Positions 1-11,900 of a stretch of 64,000 nt of DNA are shown piece after piece. Location of the stretch: assembly GCA_030704615.1 (NCBI GenBank), contig CM060732.1, positions 31,124,001-31,188,000 on the forward strand, given 5' to 3'. Both the position numbers and the translations under genes were made by a program. The notes below the pieces were generated by a model. It searched no databases. It saw only the letters and a list, made by a program, of their open reading frames with translations, and was not told the DNA's origin. Source of the DNA: Takakia lepidozioides (taxonomy: Eukaryota > Plantae > Bryophyta). Every line of letters begins with the position of its first letter. Position 1 is the stretch's first letter.

Positions 1-1309
1 AAGTACCTGTGTAAACCTACCGCTGGAAACTAGTTGCAAAGCTTTTCTAAAGAAGGTGGACAGCCTCAGCATGGGGTGCAGAAGTTGATGATGCTCCAAA
101 GGTTACTGAAATCCCGACACAGCTACATTTATATGGGAAGATCTGCATACCCAGCCCACCTACTTCTCTATGAGGCCTGAGATATGTGGTTCTCAACATC
201 ATCCTGATCCTATCCCTCAGTCAACTGTTTGAGTGCCCATGAGGCCTGTAATGGTCCCCAGCAAATCCTCATTGGATTCCTGATATTGGAGGACAAGTCC
301 AATGGAGTTGTAGATTTGGAGGTGGCTGATGCGGCCAGATCTAATCCACGAGGCGCAATTCACATGCTTTGGCACCGGGGTCTTTTTCCTGCTGTCTCTC
401 TAACTCATTTTCTCTTCGTTTGCTCTCGAGGCCAGGCCAAGCTTGTCTAACCCTGTCTGCAGGTTCTGGTATTGAAATATGTTTACTTTGTAATACCTGG
501 TTCCATGGTATTAGGGTATTTACAATATTTTGATGGTTCTCAATAGAAGTATGAATTGTTTTTGTGGATTGGTATCAACTGGATGGTATTCCAACTGTTG
601 ATACCAGCTGGTCATCAACCCGGGCATAAATAATCAATAAAGTGGCAGCCAAAACATGATGCAATTTCAATTTACAAATGTGGCACATGCTCTCGGTTTC
701 CACTTGCAACCATGGCAAATGACATTCTGCTTAAGATTTCTAATGCTTACTTAAGGAGGCAACTCGACCTGTTTGCAGCTACATGTCGTGGTGCTCGATT
801 TGGGATACCTGGCTCGGCTTGGATCTCATGCTTTCTCATACAACCCATTTTCAGCAATCTTCAACTACATACTCAGACTCTGGCCTCCTATTCCAAGCGT
901 TGGGTTGCCTGGGATTCGGTGGGTCTCTCCACTGTCCATGACGTGTATGCAAACCTCACTAGCTTCCTCTCTCAGCAACCACAGAGTGGTGGTGCAGGGG
1001 CTGGCCAGTGATCTCGGCTGCAATCTTGTAGCGTTGGGCTCCTGTCAACAGCCCGAGAGAGAAGGCTGGATAGCCCCCGCATGGTGTGGCTACTTGGCTG
1101 CAACACCCTGTCACATTGTTTTATCGCCTCCACTTCAAACAACATTGCCTGCTGTAGGAGAGAGAGATGTGAAAAGTGCAGCTCAGACGCCTGCGTGATC
1201 GATCCTGGAAGCAGGACGATCGTTTGTGCCTGCTGTTGCAATCCTGTCTTGCATCCAGGTTGCAACTACTCATTTCATTCTGCCTCTTTCTCGCTCATCA
1301 CAGTCGGGG

Positions 1310-4300
1310 ATGGCGGGGATGGCAACGTCTTCCCGCGTTCTCCCGACCCCGCATGCAGACTCTACACCTAAGGCCCTGTCCTCTCGTTTCGGTGGTCATG
1401 TGCGAGGCCTCTGGGATGTGGAGCTGAAATCTGCATCCCCCTTGGCAATGCGCAGAGGCCGCAGTTCCTTGCATGTGGCTGCTATGGCGCCTCGCCAACC
1501 TTCAGGGATCCCATTCAATTTAGGTCATAAAGTGAAACACTTTTCCCTTTCCGCTGTGTGCTCTGGGCAAAGAAGCATGAAAGCACACCTGGGAGTTAGA
1601 CAAGCCCGATAATTGGTATATCTGGGATATAAGTCAACGCTGGAAACATGGAACAGCGCCGGCAGCAGTTCTTGAAAGATCCTTCACACTGGTGGGACTG
1701 CAGTGTTGACAAGGTGAGCTTTCTTCATGTAGGATGTGACGGAATTTCACTGAATTTCGCTGTACCCCTGCTTGTTGAGTGTAGGTAGAATCTCGCTTTG
1801 CTCTGGAAAATTTGCTTCTACTGTCAGTGCCATAGGTTGTCCTTCCTAAGCAGGGCATGAAAGTAGGATGCTCAAGGTCTTTGCAAGGTACTTGGGAGGG
1901 TTGAGACTGTGGCTGCTCAGCTGCTCCTGGGTCGTTTTCACAGACCGCTCCAAAATCTCTAGACTGCAGACATAAGCAGCGCACACAAGAGGGCTTATTG
2001 ATTGAGGGTTGGTTCAATCCTCCTAGGGTGAAAGGAAAACTAATTACCATTCCACAAGATTGAGAACAGTCTAGTGGGGGAAAGATATCAGAGCCTGTCA
2101 AAGTGTAGATGCTATCAGAGTTTTGGACACGAAGGTCTACCGTGGAGCATTGAGCAGCGGAGAGTTTTCTAAAGATCCTTGAGAATGGTGGGAGAACGGC
2201 AATTGCAAGGTGTGAGTTTCTTAATGTAGGATGTCAAGGATCACAATTTGCTCCTTTCCCTGGTGTTTTACAAGGTAGTTGGGGGAGTCAGCTTGGTCTT
2301 AGGAGGCCGTGTTTAATCCTGCACCGTTGTGTGGTTCTCACAGATCAATCCGAGATCACCTCACAACAGACACAAGCAGCACATACAGGAGGTCCTCTGG
2401 ATTGATGGTTGGTTGAATCCTCCTTGGGTGAAAGAAAAGCTAGCTGCTTTCACAACACAAGGTCAAGGACAATGTGGTGAGGGCACCTTCTTCTTCAACA
2501 CATTTCAGCCTGTTTTGTCCTCTTATCAGACTAATTCTTCATGTTGAATTCTTCCAAGTTACGTGGATCTATAGTGGTTTGGAGTGATTTCGACAGGTCA
2601 CTGCCGATGTGGCCACAGGCAAATATCCAAAAACAGAGAACAGAGACGTGGACAAGCATAGGAAGGAATATTTTCCGGACCCCAGTCAATGGTGGGACAA
2701 TCAAGAAAAAAGGTGAATGTCTGTCAAGTTACAGAAAGAACCAGACAAGAAGATGCATTGCAAATTTTTCTTGCAGATTGTCATCCTCTCTCTCTCTCCC
2801 CAACACATTTAAAAAAGTCTTGGGAACAAGTGTAGGAACTAGCTTAATTAGTAGGGTTGGGGTGTTTGCGAGCAGCAAGGGGAGTAGCTGGCCATAATTA
2901 GTCCGGAGGCAGGGATAGCTGAAGGAGCATGGATGGAGCGTGGGTCCAGATTCAGCCAAGAGGGCCGGATTTCAAGCACAAGAGTACCTATGATTCCCTT
3001 TGGTCTGATAGCTACAAGAAACCTGCATGGGTACATGGTCAACTGGAAGCAGTGGCAGCTGCACGGCTGATAAAATCAGGCACCTCCACCATGACCACAG
3101 CTTCCGAAAGAGGACCAAGAGAGGGAGTCTGCCATACCTCTGGCACTTCTGGGCATGTGAGGACACTATGTGAGGCAGGGCAACTGAAAGAGGCTCTACA
3201 GATTTTGAGCAAAGGAGGCATTTCTGCAGATTCACATACTTATGTCTGTCTCTTGCATAAGTGCATCAAGATGCAAGGCCTTGAAGCTGGAAAGCATGTG
3301 CACTCTCACATTATCCAAACTGGATTCAAGCCAAATGTTTTTCTACTCAACACCCTTGTCAACATGTATGTTTAATGCGGGAGTATCAGGGACGCCCACC
3401 AAGTCTTCAAAAAAATGCCTGAACGAGATTTGGTTACGTGGAATATAATAATGGGAGGGTTTACCAAGCATGGGTGTGGTAAGAATGCTTTGGAGACATA
3501 TGAGCAAATGATGCAGGAAGGGGTGAAGCCCAACCTCATCACATATGTTTGCGCTTGCAATGCATGTGCGAGCCTGGCAGCCCTGGAAAAGGGCAAGGAG
3601 GTCCATGGTGACATCATCAAAGCTGGACTTGTACCAGATGTTGTTCTGTACACTGCCCTCGTGGACATGTATGCCAAATGTGGGAGCATTGAGCATGCAA
3701 AGTCTGTGTTCAACAATATGGCTGAACGAAATGTGGTGTCGTGGAATACGATGATTGGAGGATATGCCCAGCATGGGTGTGGGAGGGAGGCTTTGGAGAC
3801 CTATGAGCAAATGATGCGGCAAGGGGTGAAGGCCAACCGCGTCACGTTCGTTTGCGTTTGCAATGCGTGTGCGAGTGTGGCAGCCCTAGAAAAGGGCAAA
3901 GAGGTTCATGGTGAAATCATCACAGCTGGAATTATTCTAGATGTTATTTTGAACACTGCCCTTGTGGACATGTATGCCAAATGCGGGAGCATCAAAGATG
4001 CAAAGGGAGTGTTTGACAATATGGCTGAACGAAATGTGGTGTCCTGGAGTGCTATGATTGCAGGATATGCGCAGCACGGGTGTGGGATGGAGGCTTTTGA
4101 AACCTACAAGCAAATGGTGTGGAAAGGGGTGAAGCCCCACCACATCACGTTTGTTTGCGTTTGCAATGCATGTGCAAGCCTGGCAACCCTGGAAAAGGGC
4201 AAAGAGGTCCATAGTGACATCATCACATCTGGAATTGTACCAAATGTCATTTTGAACACTGCCCTCGTGGACATGTATGCCAAGTGTGGGAGCATGGAAG

Positions 4301-6075
4301 ATGCAGAGAGAGTGTTTGACAATATGACTGAACGAAATGTGGTGTCCTGGAACACAATGATTGCTGGATATACCCAGCATGGGTACGGGAGGGAGGCTTT
4401 GGAGACATATGAGCAAATGATGCGGGAGGGAGTGAAGCCTGACAAGGTCACGTTCGTTTGCGTTTGCAATGCGTGTGCGAGCCTGGCAGCCCCAGAAAAG
4501 GGCAAAGAGGTCCATGGTGACATCATCACAGCTGGAATTGTACCAGATGTCATTCTGAACAATGCCCTTGTGGACATGTATGCCAAAGGCGGGAGCATGG
4601 AAGATGCAAAGGGAGTGTTTGACAATATGGTTGAACGAAATGTGGTGTCCTGGACTGCTATGATTGCAGGATATGCACAGCATGGGTGTGGGATGGAGGC
4701 TATTGAGACCTACGAGCAAATGATGGGGGAAGGGGTGCAGCCCAACCATATCACATTCGTTTGCATTTGCAATGCATGCGCGAGCCTGGCAGCTCTGGAA
4801 ATGGGCAAAGAGGTCCATGGTGACATCATCACAGCTGGAATTGTGCCAGATGTCATTCTGAACACTGCCCTGGTGGACATGTATGCAAAATGCGGCAACA
4901 TCAAAGATGCAAAGGGAGTGTTTGACAATATGGCTGATCGAGATGTGGTGTCCTGGAACACAATGATTGCAGGATATTCCCAGCATGGGTTTGAAAGGGA
5001 GGCTTTGGAGACCTATGAACAAATGATGCGGGAACGGGTGAAGCCCAACCACATCACATTTATTTGCGTTTGCAATGTGTGTGCAAGTCTGGCAGTCCTG
5101 GAAACAGGCCAAAAGGTCCATGGTGACATCATCAGAGCTGGAATTGTACCAGATGTCATTCTGAACAATACCCTGGTGGACATGTATGCAAAAGGGGGTA
5201 GCATCGAAGATGCAAAGGAAGTGTTTGACAGTATGGCTGATCGAAATGTGGTATCGTGGAATGCAATGATTGCAGGATATGCCCAGCATGGGCGTGAGAT
5301 GGAGGCTTTAGAGACCTACAAGCAAATGATGCAGGAAGGGGTGAAGCCCAACCGGGTCACGTTTGTTTGTGTTTGCAATGCATGTGCGCGCCTGGCAGCC
5401 CTAGAAAAGGGCAAAGATGTTCATGGTGACATCATCAAAGCTGGAATTGTTCCAAATGTTATTCTGAACAATACCCTTGTGGACATGTATGCCAAAGGTG
5501 GCAGCATGAAGGATGCAAAGGGAGTGTTTGACAACATGGGTGAACGAGATGTGATGTCGTGGAATGCCATGCTTGCAGGATATGCCCAGCATGGTTGTGA
5601 TATGGAGGCCCTGCAACTTATGGAACAGATGCAAGTGGAAGGCTTGAAACTGGACAGTACCACTTTTTTATGTGTTCTCTCTGCTTGTAGCCATGCTGGA
5701 CTAGTGGATGAAGGCAGATACTACTTTGACTTTCTGAGTCAAGATCATGGTATTACTCCAGCAGTGGAGCACTTTGGCTGCATGGTGGACCTCCTTGGCC
5801 GGGCGGGGCGATTGGATGAGGCAGAGGAGTTCATTAACAAAATGCCAATGAAACCAAATGCTGTGGTGTGGAGGACGTTGCTTGGTGCGTGCAGAATTCA
5901 TCGCAATGTGGAGATGGCTGAACGTGCGGCAGCATCTATTCTCAAGTGGGATGAACAGGACACCGTGACTTAAGTGTTGCCAGAAAGTAGCCAGGCTGCT
6001 GCTGCATTGAGGTCGGCAACGTCACCTTGTTGTAGATGACAAATTGCATAAAAAACTGAGGGCATCTATGCTGAA
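1310..6075 (+). pseudogene. Pseudogene paralog of the PDF-PPR-DYW gene (inverted twin), truncated in E2/E+
   Basis: Same exon layout: 1310-1523, 1634-1713, 1944-, ~2135-2208, 2344-2476, 2619-2712, 2950-. Lesions are TGA at 2061-2063, frameshifts in exons 4 and 6, TAA at 3373-3375 (MYV*CG) and TAA at 5971-5973 followed by a deletion. Only scraps of KEPG.CCIEV...DDKLH survive to ~6075. ORF 3415..5973 is the open PPR array. Confidence 0.85.
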
Positions 6076-7176
6076 TTCACTCATTCATTCTGCAAGAGAT
6101 GATGTTTCTGGGTTCACTAGAGTTGATGCCAATCTCTTTCTCACCACAGATGTGAGACGCTGTAGAGAAACTAGTGATCCCTAACCATCATCCCACAAAT
6201 TGCTTTCACAAGGTTGTCTGCTTTTGGACTTGAAAGAATTTGCACCGACTCATCTGCAGCTACATAATTCTCTAATATTATGTTTTTTTTTTCCCGCATA
6301 ACAGGGGTCAAAGGCCCTGGACATTTATTCAGTTTATTGTGGGGAAAACAATTAGAACCCCCATTACACCATGAGGTACACACACCGATTTCAGTGAAAG
6401 AAGAGCCTTTCCTCTCATATTGAGAGAGTGATCAAGCAAGGGGACAACTAATTAAGGCTGTATTAAGGTGGATCTACTCTTAAGGGCGATTAACGCCAGA
6501 AAATGGTTCATTTAGACTACTATGCTACTATGAGGAAATGCAACCTAGGAGATAGCTAATGGGGCTAGAAGCCTCGAGACCAGATCGTGATCTCTAGGGA
6601 AGCTGAGAAGACCGATGAAATTTCCTAACGGTAGTGGAGCCTGGAAACACTGGAGGATGGTTTCAGTTGACGTCCCGTTCGAACTCAGGGGACACTATGG
6701 AGTGTTGCACGGTGGTCTCGCCAACGTGAAGGGGGTTTTTTTGCTATTCCGTCTAAATACTTATGTAATTAGAGGTAGTTGTCTACAACTTTAATACCAT
6801 GAGAGACTCTCAAATTAGTCTATGTATATTGTAGTATAGTGAGGGTTAGTAGCAGGTTGTTGTAGGCTGGGCTTCGTTTAATTGGTACTAGGGTAGCCTG
6901 TGCCGTTTGCCCAAGTGTCCAGTGTCATCTAAGTCCAAGGGCAATCCCCTATCTATCCAAGTGTGTCTCATACGTCCAGGCCCATGTGTGAAGAATTAAA
7001 ATTGATGTACTAAAATGAAGTTGGATGTTTCTTTAGTTACAAAGAATGTGTGGTACATGAATGAACTAATGTTTAAAGATATTGTAAACATTAACAAAAT
7101 GAGCGACAATGTAATGTGATTTAGAGATTGGAATTTGGTGAAAGAGTTTAGAAGTTTATCGAAGCTGATCACTACA

Positions 7177-7212
7177 AAACTAAACTAAACTAAACTAACT
7201 AACTAACTAACT
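7177..7212. repeat. (CTAAA)n/(CTAA)n microsatellite
   Basis: Directly visible tandem repeat. Confidence 0.8.
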
Positions 7213-7384
7213 GCCTTGCTTCATATACTGAAAAACCCAAATTTTTTTTCCATGAATTTATCAACGGTACCAAGCACCAAGGCTAGGGCCCCTCGGTTTG
7301 GGAGATCTCAACGCTACAAAACAAACAAACTACCTTGCTTCATATTTGATTGACTCACTAAACAGGTTTTGGACACATTAAACA

Positions 7385-7435
7385 TTAAACATGCACGTAT
7401 CAGGCACATGCCCTGCCTCCTCCAGCTTGCCATGG
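7385..7435 (-). pseudogene. Isolated fragment of an E+/DYW domain
   Basis: Translates HGKLEEAGHVPDT, resembling SGQMKEAGYVPDT of the DYW gene. Confidence 0.45.
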
Positions 7436-8953
7436 AAGACACTCGCCATGCTCCATGCAGGCCGTACTCCACTCTTTATTTTAAGATGTATGGTGTTAAT
7501 CACCTTATGGAAATGATTTACATAGCAAATTGCTCGACCAAGTGAGGTTGCCAGAAGATCATATGTATGCAAATAAAGTGGGGCATGCTCAAAGAAACCT
7601 CAACCATGGTTTCCACCAAACATACACAATCATACCATTTAAACTGTGTATGCTCTGAAAACCTCGATCGCGATTTTCACCATACATATGTACTCAAGTA
7701 TACAATTTAAGTGGTGCATGCGCAGAAAAACCTCGATCGTGAATTTTACTAGAGTCTTACTTGCTAGGATATTTCCACTTCTACCTAGTCCATGGTAGTG
7801 TTCATCATCTCACACTACAAGATTCTTTATTTAGCTACTTGAGCTCTTTCATTGAATCCCTTAAGCGACCTGCATCCAACAATTTACGTCGAATATTGAG
7901 TGATCCATTATGCTCACCTCAATAATCTACTCATAACCTAATCCACTAATCACTCACTAATCCATAGAAGTATGCTGCCTGCTTGGGGAGCCAAGTTGGG
8001 CCACACTCAAGCAACCGCCACCCTAGCCAGCTTAACCTCATCCTTAAACTCATCCATCCTAAACTCATCCATGGAGCATGGTGAGCTGCTCCAGGGGGAG
8101 GGAGGCAAAAGGGCAAGTGGGCCCGGCATGGCTGGAGCTGGGCAAGCTTTGCATTTCCAGCACAATAGCCATTATGTCTACTGTACCATGTAGGGACACC
8201 CCCCTCTTTAGGCTAACCATAGATTGCAAATAACTAGCAGTTAATGAGAGCTTTTGACTGGCTTGAAATCGGCAGCTCAGGCAGCGATTTAGAACACTGC
8301 CAGTCTGGGAGACAGGAGCAGTATCGCTGATCCTAGCCTGTTATACGCAATTGTTCACAACTCTACAATTGTGTCGTATATGCTCCAAAACTTGGCCTCG
8401 AACCATAGGCCTTTAAGTCCTGGAGAGGGTGGAATATTCCCCAACTTTGAACTCCCAACATGCACAAACTGATATTCTCCTGTAAGGGGGTCATGCAAAT
8501 CCTTGGTTTTGACACGATTCAAGCAAGTTAGTCAAAGGGGCTCGATCTCAAGCAGCAGACACAAAAACGTCCAAATATAAGATGGTGAACAACTTTGTGC
8601 ACAACACTGCCCCTCTAATCAAGGTCATCACGAATGGTATTCACCTTCATCTTCAAACTTCGAAGGAGCTCCACCATCCACACCAGAATTTGAACATCAC
8701 TCTGAATTCCTTCCAATATCACCAGAGTCAATAAAAATACCCCATCACTGCTTACCTGCTCCACTCAAGTGCAATTATGGGCTTTCTTTCCATCTATGCC
8801 CCATTGTCGGCTCTTGGAAGGATGGCATGCCAGAGGAAATGCCCTCAACATTACGTCATAGTCAATATTCTCAGGAAATGGTGGATGAACCAAGAAGCTA
8901 CGCTGATCATAGAATGCAGTAATACACTCACACCTTTCCAGAAGAACATCATT

Positions 8954-11900
8954 TCACCAGTAATCCCCACAAGAACACACCCCATCTTCGAAGTGGTGAA
9001 AGCGATTAGCATCCCGTACAACAATTGTTCGGCTAACAATCTTTGAGATGAACTTGGTGGCAGTGTGGCAGTCACCACACACTCGAAGATTCTTGATGAC
9101 ACGGAGAGGGGTCCCAGGGGCTGTGCTGATCAGCCCAAAACCAATGGCCAACTTCTCACCGTGGTGGCAGAGAGAAAATTCCTTTTGCTCCTCCTCCACA
9201 TCATGCAATACAAAGCGTGTGTCAGGCACATACCCTGCCTCCTTCATCTGCCCAGACAATCTTCTCAGCTCAGCATGGATTTCCTCAATTTTTGGATGCA
9301 ATTTGTCATCTACAACAAAGGAGTGCACCCTGTTGCTGACCTCAATGCAACAGCGACCTGGCTCCTTTCTAACCCCTCTCACCTTCATCATTTTTCTCAC
9401 CTTTGCAGTGTCGTCCCACCTGCCAGCTGCGGCATAGATGTTTGATAGCAACACATATGTCGCAGCGTCCTGTTCATCCCACTTGAGAATAGATGTTGCC
9501 GCACGTTCAGCCATCTCCACATTGCAATGAATTCTGCAGGCACCAAGCAAGGGCCTCCACACCGCAGCATTTGATTTCATTGGCATTTTGTTAATGAACT
9601 CCTCTGCCTCATCCAATCGCCCGGCACGGCCAAGAAGGTCCACCATGCAGGCAAAGTGCTCCACTGCTGGAGTGATGCCATGATCTTGACTCAGGTAGTC
9701 AAAGTAGTATCTGCCTTCATCGACTAGGCCGGCATGGCTACATGCAGAGAGAACACACAAAAAGGTAATGCTGTCCAGCTTCAAGCCTTGACCTTGCATC
9801 AGTTGCAATAGTTGCAGGGCCTCCATATCACAACCATGCTGGGCATATCCTGCGATCATCACATTCCAGGACACCACATCTCTTTCGCCCATATTATCGA
9901 ACACTCCCTTTGCATCCTTGATGCTCCCACCTTTGGCATACATGTCCACCAGGGTATTGTTCAGAATGACATCTGGTACAATTCCCGCTTTGATGATGTC
10001 ACCATGGACCTCTTTGCCCTTTCCGAGGGCTGCCAGGCTCGCACATGCATTGCAAACGCAAACGAAGGTGACGCGGTCTGGCTTCACCCCTTCCCGCATC
10101 ATTTGCTCATATGTTTCCAAAGCCTCCATCCCACACCCATGCTGGGCATATCCTGCAATCATAGCAGTCCAGGACACCACATTTCGTTCAGCCATATTAT
10201 TGAACACAGCCTTCGCATCCTCGGTGCTCCCACCTTTGGCAAACATATCCACAAGGGCAGTGTACAGAATGACATCGGGTACAATACCCGCTTTGATGAT
10301 GTCACCATGGACCTCTTTGCCCATTTCCAGGTCTCCCAGGCTCGCACATGCATTGCAAACACAAACAAATGTGACCCGGTCTGGCTTCACCCCTTCCCGC
10401 ATCATTTTCCCATAGGTCTCTAAAGCCTCCATCCCACGCCCATGCTGAACATATCCAGAAATCATCGCATTCCAGGACACCACATTTCGTTCACCCATAT
10501 TGTCAAACACTTCATTTGCATCCTCGAAGCTCCCGCCTTTGGCATACATGTCCACGAGGGTATTGTTCAGGATGACATCTGGTACAATTCCTGTTTTGAT
10601 GATGTCACCATGGACCTCTTTGCCCTTTTCCAGGGATGCGAGTCTCACACACGCATTGCAAACGCAAATGAATGTGATGTGGTTGGGCTTCACCCCTTCC
10701 TGCATCATTTGCTCATAGGTGTCCAAAGCCTCCATCCCACACCCATGCTGGGCATATCCGGCAATCATCACATTCCATGACACCACATCCCGTTCAGCCA
10801 TATTGTCAAACACTCCCTTTGCATCTCCAATGCTGCTGCATTTGGCATACATGTCCACGAGGGTATTGTTCAGAATGATATCTGGTACAATTCCCGCTTT
10901 GATAATGTCACCATGGACCTCTTTGCCCTTTTCGAGGGCTACCAGGCTTGCACATGCATGCAAACAAAAACGTGATGTGGTTGGGCTTCACCCCTTTCCA
11001 CATCATTTGATCGTAGGCCTCCAAAGCATCCCTCCCACACCCACACTGCGAATATCCTGCAATCATCGCATTCCAGGACACCACATTTCGTTCAGCCATA
11101 TTGTTGAACACTCCCTTTGCATCTCTGATGCTGCCGCATTTGGCATACATGTCCACCAGGGTATTGTTCAGAATGATATCTGGTACAATTCCTGCTTTGA
11201 TTAGATCACCATGGACCTCTTTGCCCTCCCAGGCTGCCAGGTTCGCACATGCATTGCAAATGCAAACAAATGTAACCCGGTCAGGCTTCACCCCCTCCCG
11301 CATCATTTGCTCATAGGTGTCCAAAGCCTGCATCCCGCACCCATGCTTGGCATATCCTGTGATCACCGCATTCCAGGACACCACATCTCGTTCGGCCATC
11401 TTGTTGAACACTTCCTTTGCATGTCCAATGCTGCCGCATTTAGCATACATGTCCACCAGGGTATTGTTCAGAATGATATCTGGTACAATTCCAGCTTTGA
11501 TGATGTCACCATGGACCACTTTGCCCTTCTCCAGGATTGCCAGGCTCGCACACGCATTGCAAACACAAATGAATGTAACCGGGTCCGGTTTCACCCCTTC
11601 CCGTGTCATTTGCTCATAGGTCTCCAAAGCCTCCATCCCACACCCATGCTGCGCATATCCTGTGATCATTGTGTTCCATGACACCACATCTCGTTTAGCC
11701 ATATTGTCGAACAGTCGCTTTGAATCCTCAATGCTCCCACATTTGGCATACATTTTCATCAGGGCAGTGCTCAGAATGACATCTGGTACTATTCCAGCTT
11801 TGACGATGTCGCAATGGACCTCTTTGCCCTTTTCCAGGTCTGCCAGGTTCGCACATGCATTGCAAACGCAAACATATGTGACGTGGTTGGGCTTCACCCC

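Noticed and set aside
1-1160. Short ORFs at the window start
   Set aside because: No convincing motif; possibly decayed retroelement sequence, but unsupported.
3373-3375. Rescue of the PPR pseudogene stops by U-to-C editing
   Set aside because: Nuclear gene; the TAA replaces Lys (and Tyr at 5971), not Gln or Arg, and there are frameshifts and a 3' deletion as well.
3343-5663. Long antisense and alternative-frame ORFs over the PPR arrays (also 9812-12114 and 54.6-58.3 kb)
   Set aside because: Shadows of the homogenised 303-bp coding repeat; no independent protein features.
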